From contig WGND01000002.1 of NCBI GenBank assembly GCA_016124805.1, positions 16,594 to 80,593 on the forward strand: a stretch of DNA of 64,000 nucleotides, given 5' to 3'. Shown here in pieces: positions 9,248-18,719 of this stretch (the stretch's first letter is position 1; the number at the start of each line of letters is the position of its first letter). The position numbers and the translations under genes were made by a program. The notes beneath the pieces are model-generated. The model did not search any database. It was not told the DNA's origin and was given only the letters and a program-made list of their open reading frames with translations. The DNA is from Hyphomicrobiales bacterium (GTDB lineage Bacteria; Pseudomonadota; Alphaproteobacteria; Parvibaculales; Parvibaculaceae).

Positions 9248-9267
9248 GCGTTAAATTTAGTTAACGC
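9248..9267. promoter_or_regulatory. Perfect 7-bp inverted repeat GCGTTAA-N6-TTAACGC in the TerC/MAPEG divergent promoter region
   Basis: Read directly from the sequence. It lies in the only AT-rich stretch of the intergenic region. Confidence 0.3.
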
Positions 9268-9296
9268 AAAATAATAGCGAAAAGAGGGGTAACCGG

Positions 9297-9698
9297 ATGC
9301 TCATGAATTATTCCATCGAGATCGTCGGCTTTTATGTCGGCCTCAATCTGATCATCAATCTGGTTCTGGCCTATCGCGTCTCCGGATCGCGCGTGAAGAC
9401 AAAAATCATGACCGGGACGGGCGATGATGAAGGCCTCTACAATACCTCGCGCGCGCACATCACCAATGTCGAATATACCCCGATCGGGTTGATTGGTCTT
9501 GTCATGCTGCACCTGCTCTCATCGAGCATCTATGTGATCCATCTGGCCGGTGCGCTGCTCACCATCGGACGCATCCTCCATGCCATCGGTGTTTCGCGGA
9601 CGGGGCAGAGTTCGCCGCCGCGTCTTTTCGGCACCCTGCTGACATGGATTTCGCAGCTGGTGGCGGGTCTCGGCTGCCTCTATTACGCCCTGACCTGA
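9297..9698 (+). CDS. MAPEG-family membrane protein (glutathione S-transferase-like)
   Basis: 133 aa with four hydrophobic segments and an RAH.N..EY.P motif (SRAHITNVEYTPIG). Confidence 0.7.
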   Translation: MLMNYSIEIVGFYVGLNLIINLVLAYRVSGSRVKTKIMTGTGDDEGLYNTSRAHITNVEYTPIGLIGLVMLHLLSSSIYVIHLAGALLTIGRILHAIGVSRTGQSSPPRLFGTLLTWISQLVAGLGCLYYALT

Positions 9699-9756
9699 TC
9701 CAGGACAGATAGCCCAACGATACTGACGACCCGTCTGACGACCCTGTGGAGTTTCC

Positions 9757-11109
9757 ATGACCGAGATCAAATCCGGCAGCGTTCTTGAATCAGCTTCCGC
9801 GCTTGTCGAGCGCGCCATGAAAGCCGGGGCCGATGCCGCTGAAGCGCTGGTGGTGGAAGGTGCCTCTCTGGGTGTCTCATGGCGGCTGGGCAAGCTGGAA
9901 GATGTGGAACGCTCCGAAGGGCAGGATGTGGGCTTGCGCGTTTTCATCGGCCAACGTCAGGCCATGGTTTCCTCGACCGATCTCTCCGAAAAATCACTGG
10001 CGCCGCTCGTGGAACGCGCCATCGCCATGGCCAAGGTTGCTCCCGAAGATCCCTATATCGGTTTGGCTGATCCTGCCCTGCTCGCGAAAGATTTGCCCGA
10101 GCTTGATATTTTCGACCCCACGCCCTTTCCCGATGCCGAGGCGCTTGCCGCCAAGGCTGCTGAAACCGAAGAGGCTGCCCTCGCCATCAAGGGTGTCACC
10201 AATTCAGGCGGCGCCGGTGCAAGCTGGGGCCGCTCCGGCATGGCGCTCGTCACCTCGGGCGGCTTTACCGGCAGCTACACGGGCACCTCTCATTCCTTCT
10301 CCGTTTCCGTGCTTGCCGGTGAAGGCACCGCCATGGAACGCGACTATGATTATTCTTCGGCACGCCATCAGAGCGATCTCGACACGACCATCACTATTGG
10401 CCGCAATGCCGGTGAGCGCGCCGTGCGACGGCTGGGCGCGCGCAAGGTCAAATCGCAATCGGTTCCCGTTGTTTACGACCCGCGCGTCTCAGGCGGACTG
10501 GTCGGGCATTTTGCCGGGGCCATTTCGGGCAGTTCCATTGCGCGCGGTACCAGCTTTCTCAAAGAATCGATGGGCAAGCGTGTTTTTGCTGACGGCATCT
10601 CCATTATCGACGACCCGCATCGCCATCGCGGATTGCGCTCCAAGCCTTTTGATGGCGAAGGCGTTGCCAACCACCTGATGAACCTTGTCGACAAGGGCAT
10701 CCTCACCACCTGGCTGCTGGATTGCGCCACGGCCAGGCAGCTGGGCCTCACCACAACCGGCCATGCCGCGCGCGGGATCGGCGCCCCGCCCTCCCCGTCA
10801 ACAACAAATCTCTATATGGAGGCTGGCACTGTCGATCCCAAAACGCTCATCAGCGACATCAAACAGGGTCTCTACATTACCGAGATGATCGGCATGGGCG
10901 TGAATGGCGTGACGGGTGACTATAGCCGCGGGGCATCCGGCTTCTGGATCGAGAATGGCGAGCTTGCCTATCCGGTCAGTGAAATCACGGTCGCTGGCAA
11001 TCTGAAAGACATGTTCCTCAATATGACGCCTGCGGATGATCTTGCCTTTCGTCAGGGCACCAACGCCCCCACGCTGCGTGTCGAGGGGATGACTGTTGCC
11101 GGAAGTTGA
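9757..11109 (+). CDS. pmbA: TldD/PmbA-family metalloprotease (PmbA/TldE-like)
   Basis: 450 aa. The layout is typical of PmbA, with a GVNGVTGDYSRGASGFWIENGE...PV.E.T.AGN C-terminal motif. Confidence 0.85.
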   Translation: MTEIKSGSVLESASALVERAMKAGADAAEALVVEGASLGVSWRLGKLEDVERSEGQDVGLRVFIGQRQAMVSSTDLSEKSLAPLVERAIAMAKVAPEDPYIGLADPALLAKDLPELDIFDPTPFPDAEALAAKAAETEEAALAIKGVTNSGGAGASWGRSGMALVTSGGFTGSYTGTSHSFSVSVLAGEGTAMERDYDYSSARHQSDLDTTITIGRNAGERAVRRLGARKVKSQSVPVVYDPRVSGGLVGHFAGAISGSSIARGTSFLKESMGKRVFADGISIIDDPHRHRGLRSKPFDGEGVANHLMNLVDKGILTTWLLDCATARQLGLTTTGHAARGIGAPPSPSTTNLYMEAGTVDPKTLISDIKQGLYITEMIGMGVNGVTGDYSRGASGFWIENGELAYPVSEITVAGNLKDMFLNMTPADDLAFRQGTNAPTLRVEGMTVAGS

Positions 11110-11905
11110 CACAACGCAGCTTGATGCGGATTTCGATCTTTTGCGGCAGGCCGTGCGGGATGCCGGCGCGCTGGCAATGGAATTCTACAAGGGCGAATAC
11201 CGCTCATGGATGAAAGCGGGCGACAGCCCGGTCACCGATGCCGACATCGCTGTCAATGACCTGCTGCATAGGCAACTGGCCACCGCTCGGCCTGATTATG
11301 GCTGGCTGTCGGAAGAAACCGAAGACGATCCGGTGCGCCTTGAGCGGGACCGCGTCTGGGTTGTTGATCCCATAGACGGCACGCGGGCCTTTGCCCGAGG
11401 CCAGCCCCATTTCGTGGTCTCTGTGGCGCTTGTCGAAAATGGACGCCCTGTCCTCGGCGCAATTTACAATCCGGCACTGGATGAGTTCTTTGAGGCGCGG
11501 CTCGGACAGGGTGCCCGTCTCAACGGCCAAGTCATCCATGTCAGCGAGCGGCGTGACCTTGAAGGCTGCCGCATGGTGGCCTTTGCGCCGATGTTCAAAC
11601 ATCCCGCCTGGACCACACCCTGGCCGGAGATGGACATCCTTGAACGCAATTCTGTCGCCTATCGCATTGCGCTGGTGGCCTGCGGCGGCGCGGACGCCGC
11701 GATTGCCCTGAACACAAAAAATGACTGGGACCTCGCCGCAACCCAATTGATCCTGACAGAGGCAGGCGGCCTCATGACCGGCCATGACGGCTCGCCGCTC
11801 ATCTATAATCTGCCGCAGCCACGCCATCGCAGTCTGGTGGCGGCGGGGCCAAAGCTCCATGCCGCCATCCGCGAACGGGTCGGCGCCATTAAGCTGCCCG
11901 GCTGA
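11096..11905 (+). CDS. Inositol monophosphatase family protein / 3'(2'),5'-bisphosphate nucleotidase (CysQ-like)
   Basis: WLSEE, WVVDPIDGT and WDLAA motifs. The listed start is a TTG that overlaps pmbA by 14 nt, so the exact start is uncertain. Confidence 0.8.
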   Translation: MPEVDTTQLDADFDLLRQAVRDAGALAMEFYKGEYRSWMKAGDSPVTDADIAVNDLLHRQLATARPDYGWLSEETEDDPVRLERDRVWVVDPIDGTRAFARGQPHFVVSVALVENGRPVLGAIYNPALDEFFEARLGQGARLNGQVIHVSERRDLEGCRMVAFAPMFKHPAWTTPWPEMDILERNSVAYRIALVACGGADAAIALNTKNDWDLAATQLILTEAGGLMTGHDGSPLIYNLPQPRHRSLVAAGPKLHAAIRERVGAIKLPG

Positions 11906-11979
11906 TCTTCCCACTTATGTTGCGCCGCAACGACGTGCTAGAATGAGTTCATTGTGAACTGTTCATTTTGGGGTGTGTC

Positions 11980-12216
11980 ATGAGCGAACAACTTTTGCAT
12001 CTCGTTTTCGGGGGTGAACTGCAGGACCTCGAAACGAATGAGTTCAAGGACACCAGCAAGCTCGATATTGTCGGCATTTTTCCGAATTATCAGCAAGCCT
12101 ATGCCGCCTGGAAGAATGCCGCGCAGCGCACAGTCGACAACGCTCACATGCGATATTTCATTGTGCATATGCATCGTTTGATGGAACCTCATGCCCATGA
12201 TGGAGATTCGCATTAA
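11980..12216 (+). CDS. DUF4170 domain protein
   Basis: 78 aa, MSEQLLHLVFGGEL.D....F.D...LDIVGIFPNY..A..AWK..AQ.TVDNA.MRYFIV. The start is taken at the ATG at 11980. Confidence 0.6.
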   Translation: MSEQLLHLVFGGELQDLETNEFKDTSKLDIVGIFPNYQQAYAAWKNAAQRTVDNAHMRYFIVHMHRLMEPHAHDGDSH

Positions 12217-12228
12217 GGGGACACGCTG

Positions 12229-12735
12229 ATGACAACCAAGCCGAGTGAAAGCGAGCCAAGCGTTACGCTTTCGATCCTGGTACTCATTGGCTTTCTCGCC
12301 GTCGTCTTCATCTTCGCCGCTGCCGGCGGCAACGTGACCGCCTCAAGCGTTCAGGACTGGTATCCGACACTCAACAAACCGCCACTGACCCCACCCAACT
12401 GGGTGTTTGCACCGGTCTGGACATTCCTCTTTTTCCTGATGGGCGTCTCGGCCTGGCTCGTCTGGCGCAAGGCGGGCGGCCTGCGTCAGGCCCATGCCGC
12501 CCTGCCGCTTTTCTTCGCCCAGCTCGGGCTCAACCTCGGGTGGAGCGTTTCCTTCTTCGGCATGCGCAATCCGGCCATCGCCTCCATCGAAATCGTTTTT
12601 CTGCTCGCCATGATCCTTGCCACCATTCTGGTTTTTGCCAGCATTGAAAGGCTGGCGGCCATTCTGATGCTGCCCTATCTGGCCTGGACGAGCTTTGCCA
12701 CCTATCTCACCTTTGCCATCTGGTGGTTGAACTAG
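12229..12735 (+). CDS. tspO: TspO/MBR family tryptophan-rich sensory protein
   Basis: WY..L.KP...PP.WVF.PVW..L, five transmembrane segments and Trp-rich loops. Confidence 0.85.
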   Translation: MTTKPSESEPSVTLSILVLIGFLAVVFIFAAAGGNVTASSVQDWYPTLNKPPLTPPNWVFAPVWTFLFFLMGVSAWLVWRKAGGLRQAHAALPLFFAQLGLNLGWSVSFFGMRNPAIASIEIVFLLAMILATILVFASIERLAAILMLPYLAWTSFATYLTFAIWWLN

Positions 12736-12924
12736 CTCAAATTGCGCAGGCTTGCTGCCAAAATATCAATGTCTGCATATGGTTAGTGCCGAACGTGAAA
12801 CTGGCAGGACCGTCATCTGCGTGATATGGTCCGCGCCATAAGCTGTTGCGCGCAGCCTGCGGCTGCTAACAGCATTTCTTCAGTATGGTCCGGCATCTGT
12901 CGGCGTTGCGAGATTGAGTCTTTC

Positions 12925-13671
12925 ATGTCGCTGAGCAAGCGCATCGTCAAAAGCCCTGCCTTCGCTACTTTCGCGGCCTTCATACTTGCGGCTTTCATCA
13001 AGCTTGTACGCATCACCAGCCGCTTTGAAGTCAAGGGCAGCGACATTGCCGCCCGCTTCTGGAGCGGCGACGAACCCTTTATCGCCACGACATGGCATGG
13101 GCAGAACATGCTTGTGCCGGTCTTCTGGCATAATTGGCGCGAAATTCGTGTTCTGGTGTCACGTCACGGCGACGGACAGATCATTGCCCGCCTGATGGAT
13201 TTTTTCGGTGTCGGCACCATTCGCGGGTCAGGGGCACCCAAGGGCGAAGAGAAGAAACTCAAGAACAAGGGCAAAGGCGGTGCCGGGGCTCTGCGCGCCA
13301 TGGTGCGCGCGCTGGGTGAAAATATTTCCGTGGGCCTCACGGCGGATTTGCCGCCCGGTCCCGCCCGCCGCGCCGGCGAAGGCATTGTCATGCTGGCGCG
13401 CCTTTCAGGGCGGCCCATTGTACCCATGGCCATCACCACGCGCCGCCGCATCCAGCTCAACAACTGGGACCGCTTCACCATCAACCTGCCCTTCTCACGC
13501 GGCGCCATGGTGATGGGCGAACCCATCTATGTGCCGCGCGATGCCGATGAAGCGCTGGTCGAAACATTTCGCCAGCAGGTCGAGAGTGCGCTCAACGCCG
13601 TGACAGAACAGGCCGACAATCTGGCCGGCCTTCCCCCGATCACCGCCAATGCCGGAGCGGTGGCCCGGTGA
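12925..13671 (+). CDS. DUF374 domain protein (lysophospholipid acyltransferase-like, commonly upstream of waaA)
   Basis: WHGQ...V.., SRH.DG..IA..... and GG..AL..M...L..G... motifs. The start is trimmed to the ATG at 12925. The stop overlaps the waaA start. Confidence 0.75.
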   Translation: MSLSKRIVKSPAFATFAAFILAAFIKLVRITSRFEVKGSDIAARFWSGDEPFIATTWHGQNMLVPVFWHNWREIRVLVSRHGDGQIIARLMDFFGVGTIRGSGAPKGEEKKLKNKGKGGAGALRAMVRALGENISVGLTADLPPGPARRAGEGIVMLARLSGRPIVPMAITTRRRIQLNNWDRFTINLPFSRGAMVMGEPIYVPRDADEALVETFRQQVESALNAVTEQADNLAGLPPITANAGAVAR

Positions 13672-15005
13672 GTGAACCGACGGCGCATCTGGCCTTGTCG
13701 CCCGTGCCTCAACCGCTCGGCCTTGGCGTCTATCGGCTGGCAACACGCATCGTGGCCCCGCTTGTGCCGATGCTGCTGCGGCAGCGGCTGAAGCGCGGCA
13801 AGGAAGACCCTGATCGCATGAACGAGCGATATGGTCTCACCTCCGTGAAAAGACCTGCCGGCCGGCTCGTCTGGTTTCATGCCGCCAGCATTGGTGAGTC
13901 CCTCTCCATCCTCACGCTTATTGACCGGCTGCTGGCCGCGCGCCCGGAAATGCATGTGCTGGTGACTACCGGCACGGTGACATCGGCGCATCTGATGGAA
14001 AAGAACCTGCCGGAGGCGGCACTTCACCAATTCGTCCCTCTGGATCATCCGACTTATTGCGCAAGGTTTCTCGATCACTGGCAACCCGATCTTGCCGTCT
14101 GGGTGGAGTCCGAGTTCTGGCCCAATCTGATCGTCAGCACCTATGAACGCGGCATACCGCTCGCCCTCATCAATGCGCGTCTCACAGCCAAATCCTTTGA
14201 CGGCTGGAAAAGGGCCCCGCGCTTCATTGCATCCCTGCTTCACCGCTTTTCGCTCGTATTGGCGCAGGATGGTGCCAGCGCGGAGCGCCTGAGCGAGCTC
14301 GGCGCACAACGCGTCATTCAGGACGGCAATCTGAAACATGATGCCCGCGCGCTGGAGGCCGATGAGCAGATGCTTGCCGCGCTTCGGCAGGCGATTGGCG
14401 CCCGGCCCCTTTGGCTCGCCACCAATACGCATGAGGGCGAGGAGCAAATGGCGCTGGAGGTACATGCCGCCATTTCAGACATACATGCCGACCTCCTCAC
14501 CATCATCGTGCCGCGCCACCCGGCCCGTGGTGATGCCATTGCGATGGAGGCCCGCGTGGCCGGTCTGGACGTGGCGCAGCGCAGCCATGAACAGGCCATC
14601 ACGCCACAGACACAAATTTACATCGCCGATACGCTGGGCGAGTTGGGTCTCTTTTATTCGCTGGCCTGTCCGGTGTTCATTGGTGGCACCTTCGCCCGCA
14701 TGGGCGGGCATAATCATTTTGAGGCTGCCCGCTTTGCCTGCCCGCTGATTGCCGGTCCCGTTGATTTCAACTTTGCCGAATCCTATCACCGCTTTGAACA
14801 GCATGGCGCCCTTCGGCGCGTGACGTCGACAGGCTCGCTTGCAGAAGCAGTGTCGGCCTTGATCTCCGATCCGGTGGCCTGCAAGGCGATGGGAGAGACA
14901 GCCAAAAAACTTGCCTCGGTTGATAGCGGGGCGGCGGAGCGTGTGCTTGTCAATCTGCTCTCCCTGCTGCCTCACACGCCCCGGGAGGCTTCACCGCATG
15001 CGTGA
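13668..15005 (+). CDS. waaA: 3-deoxy-D-manno-octulosonic acid (Kdo) transferase
   Basis: 445 aa with VWFHAASIGESLSILTLI, GGHN..EAA motifs and the WaaA/KdtA architecture. Confidence 0.9.
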   Translation: MSEPTAHLALSPVPQPLGLGVYRLATRIVAPLVPMLLRQRLKRGKEDPDRMNERYGLTSVKRPAGRLVWFHAASIGESLSILTLIDRLLAARPEMHVLVTTGTVTSAHLMEKNLPEAALHQFVPLDHPTYCARFLDHWQPDLAVWVESEFWPNLIVSTYERGIPLALINARLTAKSFDGWKRAPRFIASLLHRFSLVLAQDGASAERLSELGAQRVIQDGNLKHDARALEADEQMLAALRQAIGARPLWLATNTHEGEEQMALEVHAAISDIHADLLTIIVPRHPARGDAIAMEARVAGLDVAQRSHEQAITPQTQIYIADTLGELGLFYSLACPVFIGGTFARMGGHNHFEAARFACPLIAGPVDFNFAESYHRFEQHGALRRVTSTGSLAEAVSALISDPVACKAMGETAKKLASVDSGAAERVLVNLLSLLPHTPREASPHA

Positions 15006-16047
15006 ACCGCGATTCTGGTATCCCGGACGCGATGCGGGCATGGGGCTGATGCCCGGTCTGCTTTCACCTGTTTCCGGCCTCTACCATCTGATTGCCCGCA
15101 TGCGGCTCTCCTTTGCCCGGACAGAGAAAGCGGCTGTGCCCGTGATCTGTATTGGCAATGTCACGGCAGGCGGCGCGGGCAAGACACCCGTTGCCATGAG
15201 CATAGCCGGTAATCTTCTCTTGCGCGGTGAGAAGGTCCATTTCCTCTCGCGCGGCTATGGCGGACGCGAAAAGGGGCCTCTGCGAGTCGATGGCGCGGTG
15301 CACAGCGCGCTGCAGGTCGGTGATGAGCCGCTTCTCCTCTCCCGCGTTGCGCCAACATGGGTCAGCAGTGATCGCGCCGAAGGCGCAGCGGCGGCTGTGC
15401 GTGGTGGTGCCAGCGTCATCATCATGGATGACGGATTGCAGAATCCGTCACTGGCGAAGGATTTTTCAATCCTTGTCGTGGATGCAGCGGCAGGCATCGG
15501 CAATGGCCGGCTCATTCCGTCTGGTCCTTTGCGCGAAAAAGTTGCCGATGCCCTCGCCAAGGTCGGTGCCGTCGTCACCATTGGTCGCGGACATGCGTCG
15601 GATGGATTGGCGGCGCGTGCCAATGCCCGCGGCATTCCCGTCTTCAAGGCGGTGTTGCGTCCGGTTGCCCCACCCGAGCTTGGCAAACGCCGCGTTCTGG
15701 CCTTTGCCGGCATTGGCCGTCCGCAAAAATTCTTCCAGACACTCCGTGACCTGCGCCTGGATATTGCCGAAGCCATCACCTTTCCGGATCATCACAGCTT
15801 CAGCGAAAAGGATGCCCGTGACCTGCTGATCCGCGCGCGCGAGCTTGATGCCCAGCTTCTGACAACTGAAAAAGATGCAGTGCGCCTCCATCACAGCCCT
15901 GAAGGCAGTGCAAGGGCGCGGCTCAATGGCAGCCTGCTCAGCCTGCCTGTCGAGCTTGTTGTCGCCGAATTCCCAGCCTTGCAGCGCCTTGTTGTGGAGG
16001 CCATTGCGCAGGCACGTGGTAAACGGCCGTCACCCCCACGGGTCTAG
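14998..16047 (+). CDS. lpxK: Tetraacyldisaccharide 4'-kinase
   Basis: PVICIGNVTAGGAGKTP is the P-loop typical of LpxK. The start ATG at 14998 overlaps the waaA stop (ATGCGTGA). Confidence 0.9.
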   Translation: MREPRFWYPGRDAGMGLMPGLLSPVSGLYHLIARMRLSFARTEKAAVPVICIGNVTAGGAGKTPVAMSIAGNLLLRGEKVHFLSRGYGGREKGPLRVDGAVHSALQVGDEPLLLSRVAPTWVSSDRAEGAAAAVRGGASVIIMDDGLQNPSLAKDFSILVVDAAAGIGNGRLIPSGPLREKVADALAKVGAVVTIGRGHASDGLAARANARGIPVFKAVLRPVAPPELGKRRVLAFAGIGRPQKFFQTLRDLRLDIAEAITFPDHHSFSEKDARDLLIRARELDAQLLTTEKDAVRLHHSPEGSARARLNGSLLSLPVELVVAEFPALQRLVVEAIAQARGKRPSPPRV

Positions 16048-16119
16048 CAGCTTGCCGCAGCATCGGGCCATTGCTAGAAAGGGTCCCCTTTCGCACGGCC
16101 CGCCAAGTCAGCAGTCAGA

Positions 16120-16995
16120 ATGCAGAAACTGAACCATCGCCTGCAATATTTCGGTCTGAGAGCCTTTCTCGGTTTTTTCAGGCTTTTAGGACTGGAGCGC
16201 GCTTCGCGCTTTGGCGGAACCATGGCGCGGTTTGCGGGACCGCGCGTTGGCGTATCGCGCCGTGCACGGAAGAATATCCGCCATGCCATGCCGGAGCTTG
16301 ATGATGCCGCCATTGAGCGTATTGTCCGCGATATGTGGGAAAATCTTGGCCGCACCATGGCGGAATATGCTTTTCTGGATGTCTTTGGTGACCCGCATGA
16401 TTTTTCCCATCTCGACATTCAGGGAGAAGAAAACCTATTCGCGGCCAGAGCTGACAATGCCGGTGCCATTTTTTGTTCCGGGCATTTCAGCAATTGGGAG
16501 CTCATGCCCATGTGCGTGAAGCGGTTCGATTTGCAGGGCGGCGCCGTCTATCGCCACGCCAATAATCCCTATGTCGACGAATATATCGTCAATCTGCGCG
16601 AGCGTATCACCGGCCTTGAGCAGATCGACAAGGGCGCGCACGGCGCGCGCAAACTGCTCCGTCTGCTGAAAGAGGGCGGCAATATTGCCATGCTCGTTGA
16701 TCAGAAAATGAATGACGGCATTCCCGCCACATTTTTTGGCCATCGCGCGATGACAACTTCAGCGCCGGCCGGCATGGCTGTGCGCTATAATGCGTTGCTT
16801 GTTCCTGTCTATCTGCAGCGCGTTGAAGGCACGAAGTTCTGCATGCAGTTCTATCCACCGCTCAAGGCAGATCCCGAGGCTGAAACCTTTGGCGAGATTG
16901 CGCGCCTGACACAGGCGCTGAATGATTTTCTGGAAGCGCGCATCCGCGAGCGGCCACATGAATGGCTCTGGATGCATAATCGCTGGCCGAACTGA
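16120..16995 (+). CDS. Lipid A biosynthesis lauroyl/late acyltransferase family protein (LpxL/HtrB-like)
   Basis: 291 aa with the SGHFSNWE (HX4D-type region) motif, a C-terminal P.EW.W.H.RW, and lipid A gene context. Confidence 0.8.
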   Translation: MQKLNHRLQYFGLRAFLGFFRLLGLERASRFGGTMARFAGPRVGVSRRARKNIRHAMPELDDAAIERIVRDMWENLGRTMAEYAFLDVFGDPHDFSHLDIQGEENLFAARADNAGAIFCSGHFSNWELMPMCVKRFDLQGGAVYRHANNPYVDEYIVNLRERITGLEQIDKGAHGARKLLRLLKEGGNIAMLVDQKMNDGIPATFFGHRAMTTSAPAGMAVRYNALLVPVYLQRVEGTKFCMQFYPPLKADPEAETFGEIARLTQALNDFLEARIRERPHEWLWMHNRWPN

Positions 16996-17002
16996 ACGCG
17001 CG

Positions 17003-17632
17003 CTAACTTTTAAGCAGCATATAGATCGCAATCACAAACATGGTAACAGCCGCAATACGGTTGAGCGCGCTTCCTGCCCGCGCGCCCATCATGTTCCCCA
17101 CCCTGCTCGCCAGCATGGCATAGCCGAGCTTGGTGATGCCAAGCGTGAGGATGGCAATCACGACAATCGCCGATGCGTCGGCGGGGCTCACCTTCTCCAG
17201 ATCAATAAAGGCCGGCAGAAAACCCAGATAGAAAAGCACAGCCTTCTGGTCAGCCAGCGTGATGAGCAAGCCTGCGAGAAAACTCGACCCGGGGCTGTTG
17301 CCTTGTTCTGCCTGTGCCTCTGTTTTTTGCGCACCCGCCTGCCAGAGCAGGACACCCATCCAGACGAGATAGGCCGCGCCGATATAGGGAATAAGCGCTA
17401 CTGCCCCGCCGATCACATCGCTCAGTAGCACCAGACCAAACATCGCAAGAAGGATATAGATGATATCGCCCAGCATGATGCCAAGCGTCGTATAGACGCC
17501 ATGGGCAAAGCCGAGTGAGGCTGCACGTGCCGTCACCGCCAGCACACTGACACTGGGCACAAGGGCGAGGATGACCATTGCGCCTGCCAGCGCAGAGATA
17601 TCGACCCATGACATGGTGATCATTTTTGCCAT
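17003..17632 (-). CDS. LysE/RhtB-family amino-acid exporter
   Basis: 209 aa with six hydrophobic segments and a LysE-type N-terminus (..LALVPS.SVL.V..R...). Confidence 0.8.
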   Translation of the reverse strand: MAKMITMSWVDISALAGAMVILALVPSVSVLAVTARAASLGFAHGVYTTLGIMLGDIIYILLAMFGLVLLSDVIGGAVALIPYIGAAYLVWMGVLLWQAGAQKTEAQAEQGNSPGSSFLAGLLITLADQKAVLFYLGFLPAFIDLEKVSPADASAIVVIAILTLGITKLGYAMLASRVGNMMGARAGSALNRIAAVTMFVIAIYMLLKS

Positions 17633-17654
17633 CCCCAGGCCGATGCCGTTTTGC

Positions 17655-18473
17655 CTATTGTGGCGTGTCCTTGACCATCAATTGCGGATCAAGCGGTGTG
17701 CCGAGCCATGACATGCCCCAATGCAGATGCGGCCCCGTGGCGCGGCCGGTGCTACCGACAGCGCCGATCACGTCACCCTGCCTCACGCTCTGCCCCGGCT
17801 TCACATCGATCTTGGAGAGATGCATGTAATAGGTGCTGACACCCTGTCCGTGATCAATGAACACCAGCCCACCTTCAAAATACATGTCCGGATTTGCCAG
17901 CCGCACAATGCCATCGGCAGGCGCCACAACAGGCGCGCCCTTGGGTGCTGCAATGTCCAGTCCGAAATGGGGACGACGCGGTTCGCCATTGAAAATACGC
18001 TGGCTGCCATAGACACCGGAGATCGGCCCCTTGGCCGGCCAGATGAATGTCTCGGCAAACCAGTCCGCCGGCGTATCCGCCGGACGGGCCCGTTTTTTCA
18101 TCTCGCGTTCTTTGGCAATGCGCTTGAGCGTTTCGGCCGGTGGGGACACATATTTTGGCGCAATGCCATTGATACGCTGAATATCATAGTCGCGCGCAGC
18201 AACAGCCAGGGACTTTGTCTCGCTCACGCCATCAGGCGTTGTCACGACAAGCGTCGCCTTGGGTCCGTGATCGCGATCAAAGCCGAATGCGAAATAGCCT
18301 TTCTGCGACACCATCAGGCTGCGACCATCAATGGTGACTTTTGCGCCGGGTTCGGTCTGGCCGATCATGAGCGCGCCCTGTTCGGGCGTGCCTTTCAGGC
18401 TGACGGCGGCCTGGGCTGCACCGGCCATGCCGACGATCAGTGCCACCAGAACAACACGGAAAATGGTCATCAC
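17655..18473 (-). CDS. M23-family metallopeptidase
   Basis: Signal peptide, then HFGLDIA (HxxxD) and GRATGPHLHWG (HxH) motifs. Confidence 0.85.
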   Translation of the reverse strand: MMTIFRVVLVALIVGMAGAAQAAVSLKGTPEQGALMIGQTEPGAKVTIDGRSLMVSQKGYFAFGFDRDHGPKATLVVTTPDGVSETKSLAVAARDYDIQRINGIAPKYVSPPAETLKRIAKEREMKKRARPADTPADWFAETFIWPAKGPISGVYGSQRIFNGEPRRPHFGLDIAAPKGAPVVAPADGIVRLANPDMYFEGGLVFIDHGQGVSTYYMHLSKIDVKPGQSVRQGDVIGAVGSTGRATGPHLHWGMSWLGTPLDPQLMVKDTPQ

Positions 18474-18697
18474 TTGTACAGGCCGACCTTTTTGGCGCGC
18501 GACAGCGACGCCTCGGGTGTTGCATAGGCCTCCTGAAATGCCACGCTCCAGTAGCGCAGATCATCGAGCGGGATATGCACCCCCGTGACAGCGCAAATGA
18601 CATAGGTGCCGGGGCGGACGACATGATATTCGCCATCGCCGTAAACGAGTTCGGCAAGCGAACCCATGGATTTTTCAATTTTGTTCATGGCGGGCAT
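18470..18697 (-). CDS. DUF2093 domain protein
   Basis: 75 aa with A.L.Y.DG.Y.V..PG.YV.CAVTG..I.L..L.YWS...QEAY. Its stop overlaps the M23 start as ATGA. Confidence 0.55.
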   Translation of the reverse strand: MPAMNKIEKSMGSLAELVYGDGEYHVVRPGTYVICAVTGVHIPLDDLRYWSVAFQEAYATPEASLSRAKKVGLYK

Positions 18698-18719
18698 TCT
18701 AACCGGTCAGAGACGGGAA

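Noticed and set aside
8222-9274. 350-aa ORF on the + strand
   Set aside because: It is antisense to TerC and runs through the structured leader. The translation is highly charged and low-complexity, and TerC motifs are on the - strand.
11946-11964. AGTTCA-TTG-TGAACT dyad with GTTC/GAAC elements upstream of the DUF4170 gene, considered as an alphaproteobacterial LexA (GTTC-N7-GTTC) box
   Set aside because: The spacing is wrong (GTTC-N10-GTTC, or GTTC-N5-GAAC), and there is no SOS-related gene downstream.
12778-12889. Three TATGGT(C/T) copies, two sharing TATGGTCCG, upstream of the DUF374-waaA-lpxK block
   Set aside because: The spacing is irregular (47 and 59 nt). My rough estimate is that a 9-mer repeat within about 200 nt is not far from chance expectation, and there is no dyad symmetry.
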